DNA of 64,000 nucleotides from an uncultured Verrucomicrobiae bacterium (GCA_963815455.1 CAWFGO010000003.1:640001-704000), one strand, 5' to 3'; counted from the first letter of the stretch, positions 11,550 to 22,237 are shown. The notes: generated by a model from the sequence alone, not told the origin. Made by a program: numbers and translations.

Positions 11550-11634
11550 AAGGGCCACAGATGGGCACAGATTTGCGCAGATCGAAAGGCTTTAAGGCTC
11601 AACTTCTGCATCCGTGTTTAATCCGTGTTAATCT

Positions 11635-12009
11635 GTGGCGGAGAATTTTGGTGAGATGAAGCGATTGTTCGTTGTTACAAGAGTCAGAGGCCGGGCCTGG
11701 GACCCGACCAGAATCATGCGGCTTCAAAAACAGTGGGAAGAGCACGCTTTATTCATGGACGATCTGGCCGACAATCGATTTGTGATCCTGGGCGGGCCGC
11801 TTGATGACGGAGCCAGGACGCTGCTGGTCGTTGATGCGCAGGATGAAGCTGAGATTCGCTCAACTCTGGCGCGCGATCCCTGGAGCAAATCCGGTATTCT
11901 CGACTTGCAATCAATCGAATTATGGACTGTTTTGTTGCAAGCAGGGCCGGGAATCCGGGCCATGCCTTCCCCCGGCCAGGATTTTAACAAGAACGTTCGC
12001 TTCTCTTAG
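11635..12009 (+). CDS. YciI-like protein (start possibly 11656)
   Basis: WEEHALFM..L...GGPL...LLVVDAQDEAEIRSTLARDPW pattern. Confidence 0.65.
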   Translation: MAENFGEMKRLFVVTRVRGRAWDPTRIMRLQKQWEEHALFMDDLADNRFVILGGPLDDGARTLLVVDAQDEAEIRSTLARDPWSKSGILDLQSIELWTVLLQAGPGIRAMPSPGQDFNKNVRFS

Positions 12010-12062
12010 CTGGTTCTTCTCGAGTTCCTCGAGAGAGCGCGGACACCTGAAAGGATCAGGCC

Positions 12063-13100
12063 GTGAAATACTGGGCATTCATCAGCTACAGCCATAAAGA
12101 CACGGGAGTGGCGGACTGGCTTCACAAGAAGCTCGAGACTTATCGCGTCCCGCGCAGTTTGGTCGGCACCCCCAGCCGCGAAGGCGAAGTGCCGCCGCGG
12201 ATCATGCCGATCTTTCGCGATCGCGACGAACTACCGACCTCTTCGGAGTTGGGCGACAATCTGCAAAAATCTCTCCAACAATCGCGTTATCTTATTGTGA
12301 TTTGTTCGCCGGCTTCGGCCCAATCGCGCTGGGTCGAGGAAGAAGTCCGCGCATTCAAAAAAGAGAAGGGGCGGGACCGCGTCATCGCTCTCATCGCCGC
12401 GGGCGTTCCGAATGCGAGCGATCGCTCCGATCCCGACAACGAATGTTTCCCGCACAGCATGCGCTTCGATGTCGATGACACCGTTCGAGTCGAGCCGATC
12501 GCGGCCGATATTCGCCCCGAAGGCGACGGCCGGCAGCGCGCCTTCCTGAAAATCGTGGCCGGCGTCCTCGGGGTCGGGTTCGACGATCTTTATCAGCGGG
12601 AAAAACGCCGCGAGAACCGGCGCAAAATGGTCGTCGGCGCGCTGGCCGCGGCCGGCCTGCTGCTCATCGCCGGGATTTATGCGTCGATTGCCCATCTGGG
12701 CAAATCGCAAAAACAGATGCAACGGGAAATGGTCGATGTCCGCAAAGACGCCTCCATCGCGACCACCGATTATCAGGATATTCGCCCGAAACAGAAAGAG
12801 GCGGAGAATCGGATCCGGGCCGCCGCCCAGCGGGCAAGCGAAGCGCTCGACGCGCTGGTTCAAGCCCGAAAAACTCACCAGCCGACCAGCGATTACCAAC
12901 TCGCCTACGAAAATGCGACTGCGGCGGTGATTGCGGTCAACAAAGAGGCCCATTCCGCCGATGAGTCGATCTTTGCCGCCGAACTGTCGAAGCCGCTCAA
13001 CGATCGATTGGTCGCCGAAGGGAAGGAATACGGCGACGAACTGACCCGGCGCGCGCTGGGCAAAGTGAAAGAGGCAAAGGACGCCGCCCGGCGGCGCTAG
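12063..13100 (+). CDS. TIR-domain protein with one TM helix and a C-terminal helical domain
   Basis: YWAFISYSHKD, IFRDRDEL, SRYLIVICSPASAQSRWVEEEV; TM MVVGALAAAGLLLIAGIYASI; coiled-coil-like tail. Confidence 0.85.
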   Translation: MKYWAFISYSHKDTGVADWLHKKLETYRVPRSLVGTPSREGEVPPRIMPIFRDRDELPTSSELGDNLQKSLQQSRYLIVICSPASAQSRWVEEEVRAFKKEKGRDRVIALIAAGVPNASDRSDPDNECFPHSMRFDVDDTVRVEPIAADIRPEGDGRQRAFLKIVAGVLGVGFDDLYQREKRRENRRKMVVGALAAAGLLLIAGIYASIAHLGKSQKQMQREMVDVRKDASIATTDYQDIRPKQKEAENRIRAAAQRASEALDALVQARKTHQPTSDYQLAYENATAAVIAVNKEAHSADESIFAAELSKPLNDRLVAEGKEYGDELTRRALGKVKEAKDAARRR

Positions 13101-13163
13101 AATCCCGAAGGCTTGCAATCACGGTTCGGAACCGCCTAGACTGCCGTCTCTAATTGATATCCG

Positions 13164-13550
13164 ATGGGAGCGCAAAATACTCTCTGCTGGGCCGATATCC
13201 CGGTGACCAATCTCGATCGGGCGATCAAGTTCTACTCCGCCGTGCTCGGCAGCGAGGTGCAGAAAATGTCCGAAGGCGGACTGGAATACGGACTTCTGCC
13301 GCACGAAGAACAGAACGCTTCGGCTTGTTTGTGTGTTCGGGGAGACAGCGGAGGTATCAAGAATGAGCCGGCGCAGAGCGGGCCCCTTGTTTATCTCCTG
13401 GTGGAGGGGCGCCTGGATGAAGCCGTGACGGCCGTGAAGGCAAACGGGGGCAAGGTTTTGGACGAGCGTCAACAGATCGGGCCGCACGGTTTTCGCTCCC
13501 TCATTATCGACTCGGAGGGGAACCGGATCGCGCTGCATACATCCGGGTAA
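13164..13550 (+). CDS. VOC/glyoxalase family protein
   Basis: WADIPVTNLDRAIKFYSAVLG...GGKVL...DSEGNRIALH. Confidence 0.88.
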   Translation: MGAQNTLCWADIPVTNLDRAIKFYSAVLGSEVQKMSEGGLEYGLLPHEEQNASACLCVRGDSGGIKNEPAQSGPLVYLLVEGRLDEAVTAVKANGGKVLDERQQIGPHGFRSLIIDSEGNRIALHTSG

Positions 13551-13602
13551 CGGGCCGGGCGAGATTCTACAGTTTACCCGCTGTGGCGGGAGCCGGCCAA
13601 AT

Positions 13603-13738
13603 TCTGGGGAGCGCAGGCTGCCAGCCTGCAGTTTCCGGCAGCTTGCCGGAAACATTTCACAGATGCGACGGGATGAATCGCAAAAGCTGTCTCGGCAGGC
13701 TGCCGAGACCCACAGGCTGGCAGCCTGTGCTCCCCAGA
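13603..13738. repeat. Composite REP/REPIN-like inverted repeat with four hairpins
   Basis: TCTGGGGAGC...GCTCCCCAGA termini; hairpins gcaggctgccagcctgc, gtttccggcagcttgccggaaac, gtctcggcaggctgccgagac, acaggctggcagcctgt; between convergent genes. Confidence 0.85.
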
Positions 13739-13744
13739 TTCAGA

Positions 13745-15121
13745 TCATCGCGCGAACGCGAATTTGTAAACCAGCCCGAGCAGGCCGCTCCCAATTACAA
13801 CCGGCACAATATCCCATTTCCAGCGCAGCATCCCGACAAAAGCGATTGCGCATACCGCGCCAGCGAACCAATCGATGTTCCCGCTCGATGGAAAAATCAC
13901 GTGCACACCAAACCAGATCGCCAAATTCAGTATGACTCCGACGACTGCGGCCGTGACGGCAGATAAAGCTGAAGTAAGTCGCTCGTTTCGGCGCAATCTC
14001 TCGATGTAAGGCGCGCCGAGAAAAATCCAAAGAAAACAGGGCACGAATGTGGTCCAGGTCGTGATCAAGGCGCCGAGCGTGGCCGCGGCGAGCGGCGGCA
14101 GATTTCCCGGATGATTCCATCCGCCGAGAAAGCCGACAAACTGCAACACCATAATCAGCGGGCCAGGGGTTGTTTCGGCCAGCCCGAGGCCGTCGAGCAT
14201 TTCGCCGTGCCCCAGCCAGTGATAATTTCCAACCGCTTGTTGGGAGACATACGGCAACACTGCGTAGGCCCCGCCGAATGTTACCATCGCAGCCTTGCTG
14301 AAAAAGATGCCTTCGCGAAAAATTGCGTGCTGCTGCCCGAGAAAGATTCCGGCCAGCAATACCGGTGTCCACCAGAGCAAGATCGACAATGTAAAGATCT
14401 TCAGGGATCGCGCGATTGACGGGGCCGGCTGCGGCGAAAGATCCACGTTCTCCGACGATGTCGATCCTGTACCGTGATCGCCGCTGCCGGAAAAATATTG
14501 CCGAAGAAATTTGCCCCCGAGCAATCCCAATCCGCCGGCAGCGACAACGATCAATGGAAACGGCGCGTGGAAGAAATAAATGGCGATGAAAGCCGCGGCG
14601 GCAATCAGCCACATCACTGAGTTTTGCAACGCGCGCCGGCCCAGCCTGATCACGGCCGCGGCCACGATCGCCAGGACAGCCGGTTTCAATCCGTAAAAGA
14701 TCGCCGCGATCCAGGGAAGATTTCCGTAGGCGACATAAACGTAACTGAGCGCCCAGAGAATGAAGATCGACGGAATGACAAACAACGCGCCGGCGACGAT
14801 CCCGCCCCGGGTTTTATGCAGGAGCCAGCCGCAGTACGTCGCCAGTTGTTGCGCCTCCGGGCCGGGAAGCAGCATGCAAAAATTCAAGGCGTGAAGAAAA
14901 CGCTCGTTGCTGATCCACTTTTTCTTCTCGACCAGTTCGCTGTGCATAATGGCGATCTGGCCGCTCGGTCCGCCGAAACTGATGAACCCGAATTTAAGCC
15001 AGAATCGCACCGCTTCCGAAAACGGCACCTGTTCGCCACGGCAAATCCGTCCCTGGGCGGATCGATCCTGGCGATTGGAGCTGAGCATTTCGTCGGACAT
15101 CAGACGCGAGTGTGCGAACAA
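13745..15121 (-). CDS. chrA: Chromate efflux transporter (long-chain CHR family)
   Basis: SFGGPSGQIA, LLPGPEAQQLA, TFGGAYAVL, ETTPGPLIM; two homologous halves. Confidence 0.9.
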   Translation of the reverse strand: MFAHSRLMSDEMLSSNRQDRSAQGRICRGEQVPFSEAVRFWLKFGFISFGGPSGQIAIMHSELVEKKKWISNERFLHALNFCMLLPGPEAQQLATYCGWLLHKTRGGIVAGALFVIPSIFILWALSYVYVAYGNLPWIAAIFYGLKPAVLAIVAAAVIRLGRRALQNSVMWLIAAAAFIAIYFFHAPFPLIVVAAGGLGLLGGKFLRQYFSGSGDHGTGSTSSENVDLSPQPAPSIARSLKIFTLSILLWWTPVLLAGIFLGQQHAIFREGIFFSKAAMVTFGGAYAVLPYVSQQAVGNYHWLGHGEMLDGLGLAETTPGPLIMVLQFVGFLGGWNHPGNLPPLAAATLGALITTWTTFVPCFLWIFLGAPYIERLRRNERLTSALSAVTAAVVGVILNLAIWFGVHVIFPSSGNIDWFAGAVCAIAFVGMLRWKWDIVPVVIGSGLLGLVYKFAFAR

Positions 15122-15183
15122 GATCGACTATCCGCTTCTTGTTCCATTAAATGAAGGACACAGTTTCAACTCTTCGTTGAAGA

Positions 15184-16536
15184 ATGCGTGCCCGGCGCCA
15201 GAAAGCGATTACCGAATACCACGACTTGCTCGCGGCCGATGAAGCGCTTTGCCCGGCTGTGTTCGACAAACTCCGGAGCGGCATGGCGGCAAATCGGCTT
15301 CTCTACGGCGAACGGCCCATCGGTGTTTCCCTTCGGCCACATCTCCTGGATGCGAATCAATTCGCCAGCCTGGTTCATGCCGCCGAATCGATCGCCAGCG
15401 CCTCGGAGAAAGTTGCCACCGCGCTCGTGCAATCTCCGGTGTTGCTCGACCGGGTCGGGCTGACCGAAGCCGAAAGAAAACTGGCGCAGATCGATCCTGG
15501 TTTTTCCACCGCTGCTATCACGACCAGGCTGGATGCTTTCGTGCACGGCGACGAAATCAAGTTTGTCGAATATAACGCCGAGAATCCTTCCAGTCTTTCG
15601 GATCAGGAGGGGTTGAACCGGTTGATGTTCGAAGTGAGCGCGATGGAGACCTTTGCCCAGCGATATCGTCTTCGCCAATTTTCACCGGTCGAAAAGCTGC
15701 TGGCCACGCTCCTGGCAACCTATGCCGAATGGGGCGGCACCGGCGCGCCGAACATCGCCATTTTGGACTGGGAAAACCTCCCTACGTCCCATGAATTCGT
15801 TTTGCTCCGAAATCACTTCGCCACGCACGGTGTGCGGACCATCATCTGTTCGCCGGACAACCTGGAATATCGCGATCATCGGCTCCGGTGCGGCGATTTT
15901 GAAATTGATCTCGTTTACAAACGCATCCTGATCCACGAATTCCTCGGCCGATTTGATGATACCCATCCCCTCACCCGCGCCTATGTGGCACACGATGTCT
16001 GCCTGGTGAATCCGTTCCGCTGCAAAATCATGCACAAAAAGGCCTTGTTCGAGCTGCTGACCGACGATGAGAACAAGAATTGGTTTACCAGCAGAGAGCA
16101 GGAAGTGATTCGTCGCTCGGTGCCGTGGACCCGGCGGGTGGCAGATCGGCGAACAACACGCGAGGGCCGCACGATTAATCTGCTCGATTTCATCCGGAAG
16201 AATCGCGCGCGCCTCGTCCTGAAACCAAACGATGATTACGGCGGTCATGGACTTTACCTTGGACCGCGCCTGGAAGAGCGCGCCTGGGACGAAGCAATCC
16301 AGACTGCGCTCGCGGGAGATTACGTTGTGCAGGACGCGATTAATCTGCGCACCGAGGAGTTCCCGATTTTCGGCGAGACCGACTGGAGCTTGCAGCCGAT
16401 GTTCGTTGACACAAATCCATTCCTTTTCCGCGGCAAAGTGTGCGGCGCCATGGTTCGCTTGTCCGACTCGCCAATTGTTAATGTCACTTCCGGTGGCGGC
16501 GAAACGGGGTTCTTCGTCATCGAGGACGAACCGTGA
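15184..16536 (+). CDS. Circularly permuted ATP-grasp (glutathione/glutathionylspermidine synthase-like) protein
   Basis: RLDAF...[44 protein letters not shown]. Confidence 0.75.
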   Translation: MRARRQKAITEYHDLLAADEALCPAVFDKLRSGMAANRLLYGERPIGVSLRPHLLDANQFASLVHAAESIASASEKVATALVQSPVLLDRVGLTEAERKLAQIDPGFSTAAITTRLDAFVHGDEIKFVEYNAENPSSLSDQEGLNRLMFEVSAMETFAQRYRLRQFSPVEKLLATLLATYAEWGGTGAPNIAILDWENLPTSHEFVLLRNHFATHGVRTIICSPDNLEYRDHRLRCGDFEIDLVYKRILIHEFLGRFDDTHPLTRAYVAHDVCLVNPFRCKIMHKKALFELLTDDENKNWFTSREQEVIRRSVPWTRRVADRRTTREGRTINLLDFIRKNRARLVLKPNDDYGGHGLYLGPRLEERAWDEAIQTALAGDYVVQDAINLRTEEFPIFGETDWSLQPMFVDTNPFLFRGKVCGAMVRLSDSPIVNVTSGGGETGFFVIEDEP

Positions 16537-16618
16537 GCAAGCTGGCGCGAATCGCATAAAAACTTCGTGCGCGCGACAAAGCAAAACTGATACAACTTCG
16601 TATCAGAAACGAGAAGCC

Positions 16619-17920
16619 ATGCCACAGGATGACAACCGCCCGCCCGGCAACGCGGAAGCGCAAAGCCGACCACGAGGTGATCGCTGGTTAGCGCGGGTGG
16701 CAGATTTTTTCGGTATCAAACGCAACCTGGCAATTCTGCTCATCGCCATCTTCGTCATCGGCACGGGTGAAGAACTTTGGATGCGTTTCGTGCCGATTTA
16801 TCTCAAGACCTTGGGCGCAGGGTTTCTTGTGATTGGTCTTTACGACGGATTGCGCACGTTGCTGGGGGCGATTTACGCCTACCCGGGCGGCGTGGTGGTC
16901 GATCGTTGGGGACACCGGCGTGCGTTTCTCGCGTTCAACATTGTATCGATTGTCGGTTACGCGCTCGTTCTGATCGTCCCGCAGTGGGGCGCGGTAATCG
17001 CCGGCATGTTCCTGTTTCTATCGTGGACCTGCTTTTCTCTTCCGGCCACACTTTCTCTGGTCGGCGCAACGCTCTCCGCCGATCGGCACTCGATGGGGAT
17101 CGGCGTGCAAATGGTGATCAGGCGGTTGCCCATCATGATCGCACCGTTCTTTGGCGGAATGTTGATCGACCAGTTCGGAATTGTTCTCGGCGTGCGGATC
17201 GCATTGACCGTGTCGATCCTGCTCTCGGTAGGAACGATTTTCGTGCAACGCCGGCTACAGGACGAACCAGTGCTGGAAACGGAAAAGAAAGAGCGCTGGA
17301 GTTTTTGGCAAAGTTTGCGCGGATTCAACGAACCGCTGCGCAATCTGCTCTTGAGCGATATTCTGGTCCGGTTCTGCGAGCGTCTCCCGTTCGCCTGGGT
17401 GGTGATCTTCGCGATGGATTACATCGGCATGACCGGGAAACAAGTGGGCATACTGATCGCGGTGGAAATGGCGGCGGCAACATTGTGCATCATTCCGACT
17501 TCTTATTTTGCCGACAAGTGGCAGCGCGAGCCGTTCGTCATAGCCACGTTTGTCATGTTCACCCTTTTCCCGATCTGGCTGCTCATGTCGCGCAGCTTCA
17601 CAATGCTCGCCGTCGCGTTCGCTATTCGCGGGCTTAAGGAATTCGGCGATACCTCGCGGAAGGCACTCATCATTGGATATTGCGACCCGGAGCGGCGAGG
17701 ACAAATGGTCGGCACGTATTATTTGGTGCGCGATTTGATTGTGAGCGTCGGCGCAATTGCAGGCGCGTATCTTTGGTATCTGGGACCGCGTCTCAATTTT
17801 CTCGGCGCCGCTGCGTTCGGCGTGGCTGGCACCATCATTTATATGCGCAGTGTCCGGCAGGCGCGCGCCTCCGCGCCCCCGGTGATTCTTTTTTACGGCC
17901 GGAAACCGCCGAAGAGCTAA
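16619..17920 (+). CDS. MFS transporter
   Basis: About 12 hydrophobic segments with GGVVVDRWGHRR motif A (3' part of ORF 16232..17920). Confidence 0.85.
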   Translation: MPQDDNRPPGNAEAQSRPRGDRWLARVADFFGIKRNLAILLIAIFVIGTGEELWMRFVPIYLKTLGAGFLVIGLYDGLRTLLGAIYAYPGGVVVDRWGHRRAFLAFNIVSIVGYALVLIVPQWGAVIAGMFLFLSWTCFSLPATLSLVGATLSADRHSMGIGVQMVIRRLPIMIAPFFGGMLIDQFGIVLGVRIALTVSILLSVGTIFVQRRLQDEPVLETEKKERWSFWQSLRGFNEPLRNLLLSDILVRFCERLPFAWVVIFAMDYIGMTGKQVGILIAVEMAAATLCIIPTSYFADKWQREPFVIATFVMFTLFPIWLLMSRSFTMLAVAFAIRGLKEFGDTSRKALIIGYCDPERRGQMVGTYYLVRDLIVSVGAIAGAYLWYLGPRLNFLGAAAFGVAGTIIYMRSVRQARASAPPVILFYGRKPPKS

Positions 17921-18105
17921 GGCAATAACCACGGATTTGTATCCCGCAGATCTCAACCGCTGCCTCGCGGCTTTACCGGCCATGTCGCAACTGCCCCGTT
18001 GCTCCATTCGCGGATAACACGGATGGAAACGCTGCGTTATTGTCAAAAGCATCTCGATCCTTTATTTTGACCAACGAAATCCGTGTAATCCGCGGTTCTG
18101 ACGCC

Positions 18106-18459
18106 ATGTCCCTTCCTCTGTTTCGCATTGCCGCAGCGCTCTGTTTCCTGGCGGTCGCGCTCGGCGCGTTCGGCGCGCACGCCTTAAGATCGACAATTGA
18201 AAGCCACGGACTGCTCGATGCCTGGAACAAGGCGGTGCTTTATCATTTTGTGCACGCCATTGCGCTATTCGCGCTGGCGCTGGCCGGCGCAACGAATCGG
18301 ACCGCATGGTGGCTGCTTTTCGCCGGGATTTTTCTTTTCAGCGGCAGCCTTTACCTGATGGCGTTGACAAATCTGCGCTGGCTCGGCGCGGTCACTCCAC
18401 TGGGCGGCCTCTGTTTCCTGGCCGGCTGGGCCTGGCTCGTTGTCGCGCCGCGATCGTAA
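18106..18459 (+). CDS. DUF423 (YgdD/TMEM256) membrane protein
   Basis: AVALGAFGAHAL, LFSGSLY, GAVTPLGG. Confidence 0.9.
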   Translation: MSLPLFRIAAALCFLAVALGAFGAHALRSTIESHGLLDAWNKAVLYHFVHAIALFALALAGATNRTAWWLLFAGIFLFSGSLYLMALTNLRWLGAVTPLGGLCFLAGWAWLVVAPRS

Positions 18460-18500
18460 CGGCATCCGCTACAGAACATTGTTTCGGCCCGGTGCTTTTT

Positions 18501-18509
18501 TGATATACT
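18501..18509 (+). promoter_or_regulatory. Possible extended -10 promoter (TGnTATACT)
   Basis: TGATATACT ending 8 nt before the ATG at 18518. Confidence 0.35.
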
Positions 18510-18517
18510 AGGCACCA

Positions 18518-20032
18518 ATGTTCGACTGGCTCAACTTGCTTGACGAGACCCAACGGGCAATCGCTGCCGTGGTCGTGTTCTTCGCGACGTTTCTCGTCAC
18601 GCTGATGATCGGGCGTTTGCTGAAGCGGCGCGCGGGCGTTCAACTGGGCCTTTTATTCCGGTTCTTCTGTCTCGCGCTCGCTTTGTACGCAGCGATGTGG
18701 GTGTTTGGTGCGCCGCTCGAATTTCGTAATCACGTAGGCGCAGCGATCGCGCTTCTGAGCACCGTCGTCGTGGTCGCGCTGGTGAATCGCTACATCTGGG
18801 ATCTTTATTTCGAAAAGAAAAAACAAGTCCCAATTCCCCATTTTCCGCGCCAGTTGGTGGCCCTGCTCATTTTTCTCATCGCGGTACTGGCGATCCTTCG
18901 CTACGGGTATCACGCCGAGCGATGGTTAACCGGTCTGCTGGCGGGATCGGGCATCGTTGCGATCATTCTGGGTTTGGCCGGGCAAAACCTGCTTGGCGGA
19001 ATCATTGCCGGCGTGTCGTTGCAGCTGAATCGCCCATACAAAGTGGGCGATTGGTTGCAGGTCGGAGAAAGATTCGCCGAGGTCATGGAGATCAACTGGC
19101 GCTCCACCCGGCTCCGAACCAATGACGCGATCTATCTCGACATCCCGAACAACGAGATCGTCAAGCAAACCATCATCAACCTCCATTATCCCACGGAGGT
19201 CCACGCCATGCGGATCCGCATCGGGCTGGAGTATCACGTGCCGCCGAATCTGGCAAAGGAAGCACTCACTCGAGCGGCCCAGTCCGCGAATGGCGTCCTG
19301 TCTCATCCCCCGGTAAGGATCTTTCTGGTCGATTTCGCCGATTTCGCGGTCATTTACGAGATCAAGTTTTACATGGGTAATCATGCCCGGATTAACCAGG
19401 TCAATGATGCCGTGCGCACCAATGTCTGGTACGAACTCAAGCGGCAACGGCTCACCGTCCCCTTCCCGATTCGCACGTTGCATTTGCAGCGCCGCACCGG
19501 GCGGCCCGCCGAGGAAGGCCAGGACGAAGCACGCCAAATCCTGCGCGGCGAACCGATTTTCGAATGTCTCACCGACGCGCAGCTCGATAATCTGGTGCAG
19601 CAGGCCCGCCTCAATCACTTCGGGCACGGCGAACGCGTGATCGAGGAAGGCGCCGAGGGCGATTCGATGTTTATTCTCCTGCGCGGAACAGCAAATGTTT
19701 CCGTCGCGAAAAATGGCGCCAGGATTGGCGTCGCCACTTTGGGCGCAGGCGATTGCTTCGGCGAAATGTCGTTGTTAACCGGCGAGAAACGCAGCGCCAC
19801 CGTGCAAGCCGATGGCGATTGTTACGTGATGGAGATCGGCAAGCCGGTCCTGGCCGAAGTGATTCGTGATGCGCCCGAATGTCTCGAACAACTCAGCGAT
19901 CTGCTGGCCAAACGCAAAATGCAGACCGATGACATCGTGAAAGAAGTCGTCTCCAAGGAACAGACCGCCACTAAACAACGCGAGTACCAGGCCAATTTCT
20001 TGAGACGCCTCAAGACGTTTTTTGAATTGTAG
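18518..20032 (+). CDS. MscS-family mechanosensitive channel fused to a cyclic nucleotide-binding domain
   Basis: RPYKVGDW..EINWRSTRL..IPNN (MscS); GDSMFIL..GDCFGEMSLLTGEKRSATV (cNMP). Confidence 0.9.
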   Translation: MFDWLNLLDETQRAIAAVVVFFATFLVTLMIGRLLKRRAGVQLGLLFRFFCLALALYAAMWVFGAPLEFRNHVGAAIALLSTVVVVALVNRYIWDLYFEKKKQVPIPHFPRQLVALLIFLIAVLAILRYGYHAERWLTGLLAGSGIVAIILGLAGQNLLGGIIAGVSLQLNRPYKVGDWLQVGERFAEVMEINWRSTRLRTNDAIYLDIPNNEIVKQTIINLHYPTEVHAMRIRIGLEYHVPPNLAKEALTRAAQSANGVLSHPPVRIFLVDFADFAVIYEIKFYMGNHARINQVNDAVRTNVWYELKRQRLTVPFPIRTLHLQRRTGRPAEEGQDEARQILRGEPIFECLTDAQLDNLVQQARLNHFGHGERVIEEGAEGDSMFILLRGTANVSVAKNGARIGVATLGAGDCFGEMSLLTGEKRSATVQADGDCYVMEIGKPVLAEVIRDAPECLEQLSDLLAKRKMQTDDIVKEVVSKEQTATKQREYQANFLRRLKTFFEL

Positions 20033-20125
20033 CGGTCGAACCAGCAACGGGCACGAATTCAGGTGGGACGCGTTTCGGCCGGCTGGGCAACGAATACCGG
20101 GCCAGTGACCAGCAACGGTTACAGG

Positions 20126-20335
20126 CTACAACCTGGCAGATCGGGCCCGCCGGCGTGGTGATTTGGAAACGGTGACCGCGGTGGGGCGACCGGCTTTCTC
20201 GGGCGAACCGCCGGATTTTTTTTGCAACCGGGCCATTTCGCGATCGATCTCCTGAATTTGCGACATGAGCGCTTCCTTGCGCTCGGTCAGTTTGACGAGC
20301 TGGCGGAGCGTCGCGCTCGGAATGTTGGTCACCAT
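20126..20335 (-). CDS. Small basic coiled-coil hypothetical protein
   Basis: MVTNIPSATLRQLVKLTERKEALMSQIQEIDREM... with Arg/Lys-rich tail (3' part of ORF 20126..20584). Confidence 0.6.
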   Translation of the reverse strand: MVTNIPSATLRQLVKLTERKEALMSQIQEIDREMARLQKKSGGSPEKAGRPTAVTVSKSPRRRARSARL

Positions 20336-20376
20336 TTCCCTATCTTCACGCGCAGGATCGACAATGCAACTTCCGG

Positions 20377-20481
20377 CGTCATGTCGAGCGGAGGAACAGC
20401 TTGCCCGCCGTGGCGGGAGACATCCTGTTGCGGAAACATCAGGTAACTTCGCGGGATCCCTCGACTCCGCTCGGGATGACA
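20377..20481. repeat. (C/T)GTCAT...ATGACA palindromic element, copy A
   Basis: cgtcatgtcgagcggag...ctccgctcgggatgaca inverted termini; family recurs through the window. Confidence 0.85.
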
Positions 20482-20490
20482 CGCGTGCCT

Positions 20491-20835
20491 TTACGCTTCT
20501 AATTCGCGGGTTTTGGAGAGGGCGGCGGCTAGACCGAGGCCGGTTATCAAGAGGCCGGTGGCAAGCGCGAGCGCGAAGATCCAAAGCACCGGCAGAATTG
20601 CCACGCGCTCGAACATCACCGCGATGAAACGTCCGTCATCGGAGAGGACATAGGCGAGCGCGCTGCCGAGCAGAGTGATCCCGAGAAGAATGATCGCGCG
20701 TAGCGATTCGCGACGCGCCCGTGGCGGCGGCAGTTTTTGCAAGACCCGCGCAGTGAACCCGGCGTCGTCGATATACGGCGCGGCCTCGCGAAGTTGTCGA
20801 TCGAGCAAATCTTCCTGGTTCACTTCTTCCATCAT
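20491..20835 (-). CDS. Putative membrane anti-sigma factor (DUF5056-like)
   Basis: YIDDAGFTARVLQKLP followed by two TM helices; immediately downstream of the ECF sigma. Confidence 0.7.
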   Translation of the reverse strand: MMEEVNQEDLLDRQLREAAPYIDDAGFTARVLQKLPPPRARRESLRAIILLGITLLGSALAYVLSDDGRFIAVMFERVAILPVLWIFALALATGLLITGLGLAAALSKTRELEA

Positions 20836-20837
20836 AA

Positions 20838-21374
20838 TCAATTCGGCCCCCAGGCCGCAAGTGTGCGTTTCAATTTTTCGCGACCGCGCAGCACATTCGT
20901 TTTCACCGTGCCGAGGGGAATATCCAGGACCCGCGCGGCTTCGTCGTGCGACAGCCCGTTCTGACAGCAAAGCACAACCGCCGTGCGTTCGTTTAACGGG
21001 AGTAAGCTCAGTGCATGCATCAGATCGTGTTTCAAACCAAGATCGACAGTCTTCGGGTCGTGCTCGGCTTCCAGTCGCGCCTCGTCGATCCCAACCAGTT
21101 CCTTGCGGCGGCGAGCATCTTCTCGAAAACAATTGTAAGCGATTCGATAAAGCCAGGTCGAGAAACGGGCTTCACCGCGAAAACTGCGAATGTGTTTGTA
21201 AGCGCGCAGAAAAGTTTCCTGGGCGAGATCGTCGGCCAGGGCGAGATCGGTGCGGGTGAGTTGGCGAAGCAAACCGCGCACGGTGGATTGATGCCGACGA
21301 ACCAGCTCGCCAAAAGCGTGCTGGTCGTCATCGACAAGAATTCTGGCAACGAGGTCCGCATCAGTCAGCTCCAC
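20838..21374 (-). CDS. ECF RNA polymerase sigma factor
   Basis: ADDLAQETFLRAY..FRGEARFSTWLYRIAYN; GLSHDEAARVLDIPLGTVKT. Confidence 0.92.
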   Translation of the reverse strand: MELTDADLVARILVDDDQHAFGELVRRHQSTVRGLLRQLTRTDLALADDLAQETFLRAYKHIRSFRGEARFSTWLYRIAYNCFREDARRRKELVGIDEARLEAEHDPKTVDLGLKHDLMHALSLLPLNERTAVVLCCQNGLSHDEAARVLDIPLGTVKTNVLRGREKLKRTLAAWGPN

Positions 21375-21383
21375 ATACGCAGC

Positions 21384-22045
21384 TTACGATGCCGGCGGCG
21401 TCGGGGGAATTTCCTTCTTGGCATCGAGTTTCCATACCAGCAAATAACCGGCCCCAATCAGGAACGGGATAATACCGAGCGCCCAGACCCCGCCTTCCCA
21501 ATCGTTGACCGCGCCGAAAAACACCATCAGACCCAGCCCGACCATCGACCAGATCACACCGCGGCGCATATCGGAACGCTGACGCACAGCCGGCGGAGGC
21601 GCGAGCCAGCAACGCTGCCGGTACTTCCTGGCCTTTCTCGACCATCATTCGAACGGTCTTATGCAAGCGAGCGCGTCCGCGACATGCTGAAGTAGAGGAT
21701 CACGGCAACGATCAGAACCGGCGCACCGAAGATCGACATGAACACGATCGCGACGATCGGAATCGCCAAGCCCGGAATGTCGTTATCTCCGTGGTCACCG
21801 CTGTGGTTCGGCCTGTCTTCGTCTCCCATTGTGAAATGGAAATGTCTTTTGGTTTTGTTTTTGATCGATTTCTCGAGGTCGCTCTCGGCCGGACTCGGCG
21901 AAACGGAGCTGGCCGGCGAGACCGAAGCAGCCGGGCTCGCCAGGGCGGCTTGAGCCGCGGCCGCCGAGGGCGACTGGCCAACGACCTTCCAGGCCAGGAC
22001 GGTCAAACAAACACAGATAAGTAAGAGGGTTTTAATAGCATTCAT
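21384..22045 (-). CDS. Signal-peptide membrane protein with DUF6249-like C-terminus; frameshifted
   Basis: Pieces in ORFs 21659..22207, 21361..21666 (HKTVRMMVEKGQEVP) and 21384..21587 (RSDMRRGVIW..GIIPFLIGAGYLLVW). Confidence 0.65.
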
Positions 22046-22165
22046 TTGATAGTGAGATGGGCCGAGGCGGCCATTTGGATTCAAGATTCTGCGACCGCTG
22101 TAGCCTCCGTCCTGCGGGCCGCGCGCGCACGTCCCAAGCCGACGTGGCAACAGAAGAGAAAAATG

Positions 22166-22237
<72 letters not shown>

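Noticed and set aside
10344..13550. Integron cassette array
   Set aside because: Small co-oriented genes, but no integrase and no convincing attC (RYYYAAC..GTTRRRY) sites seen.
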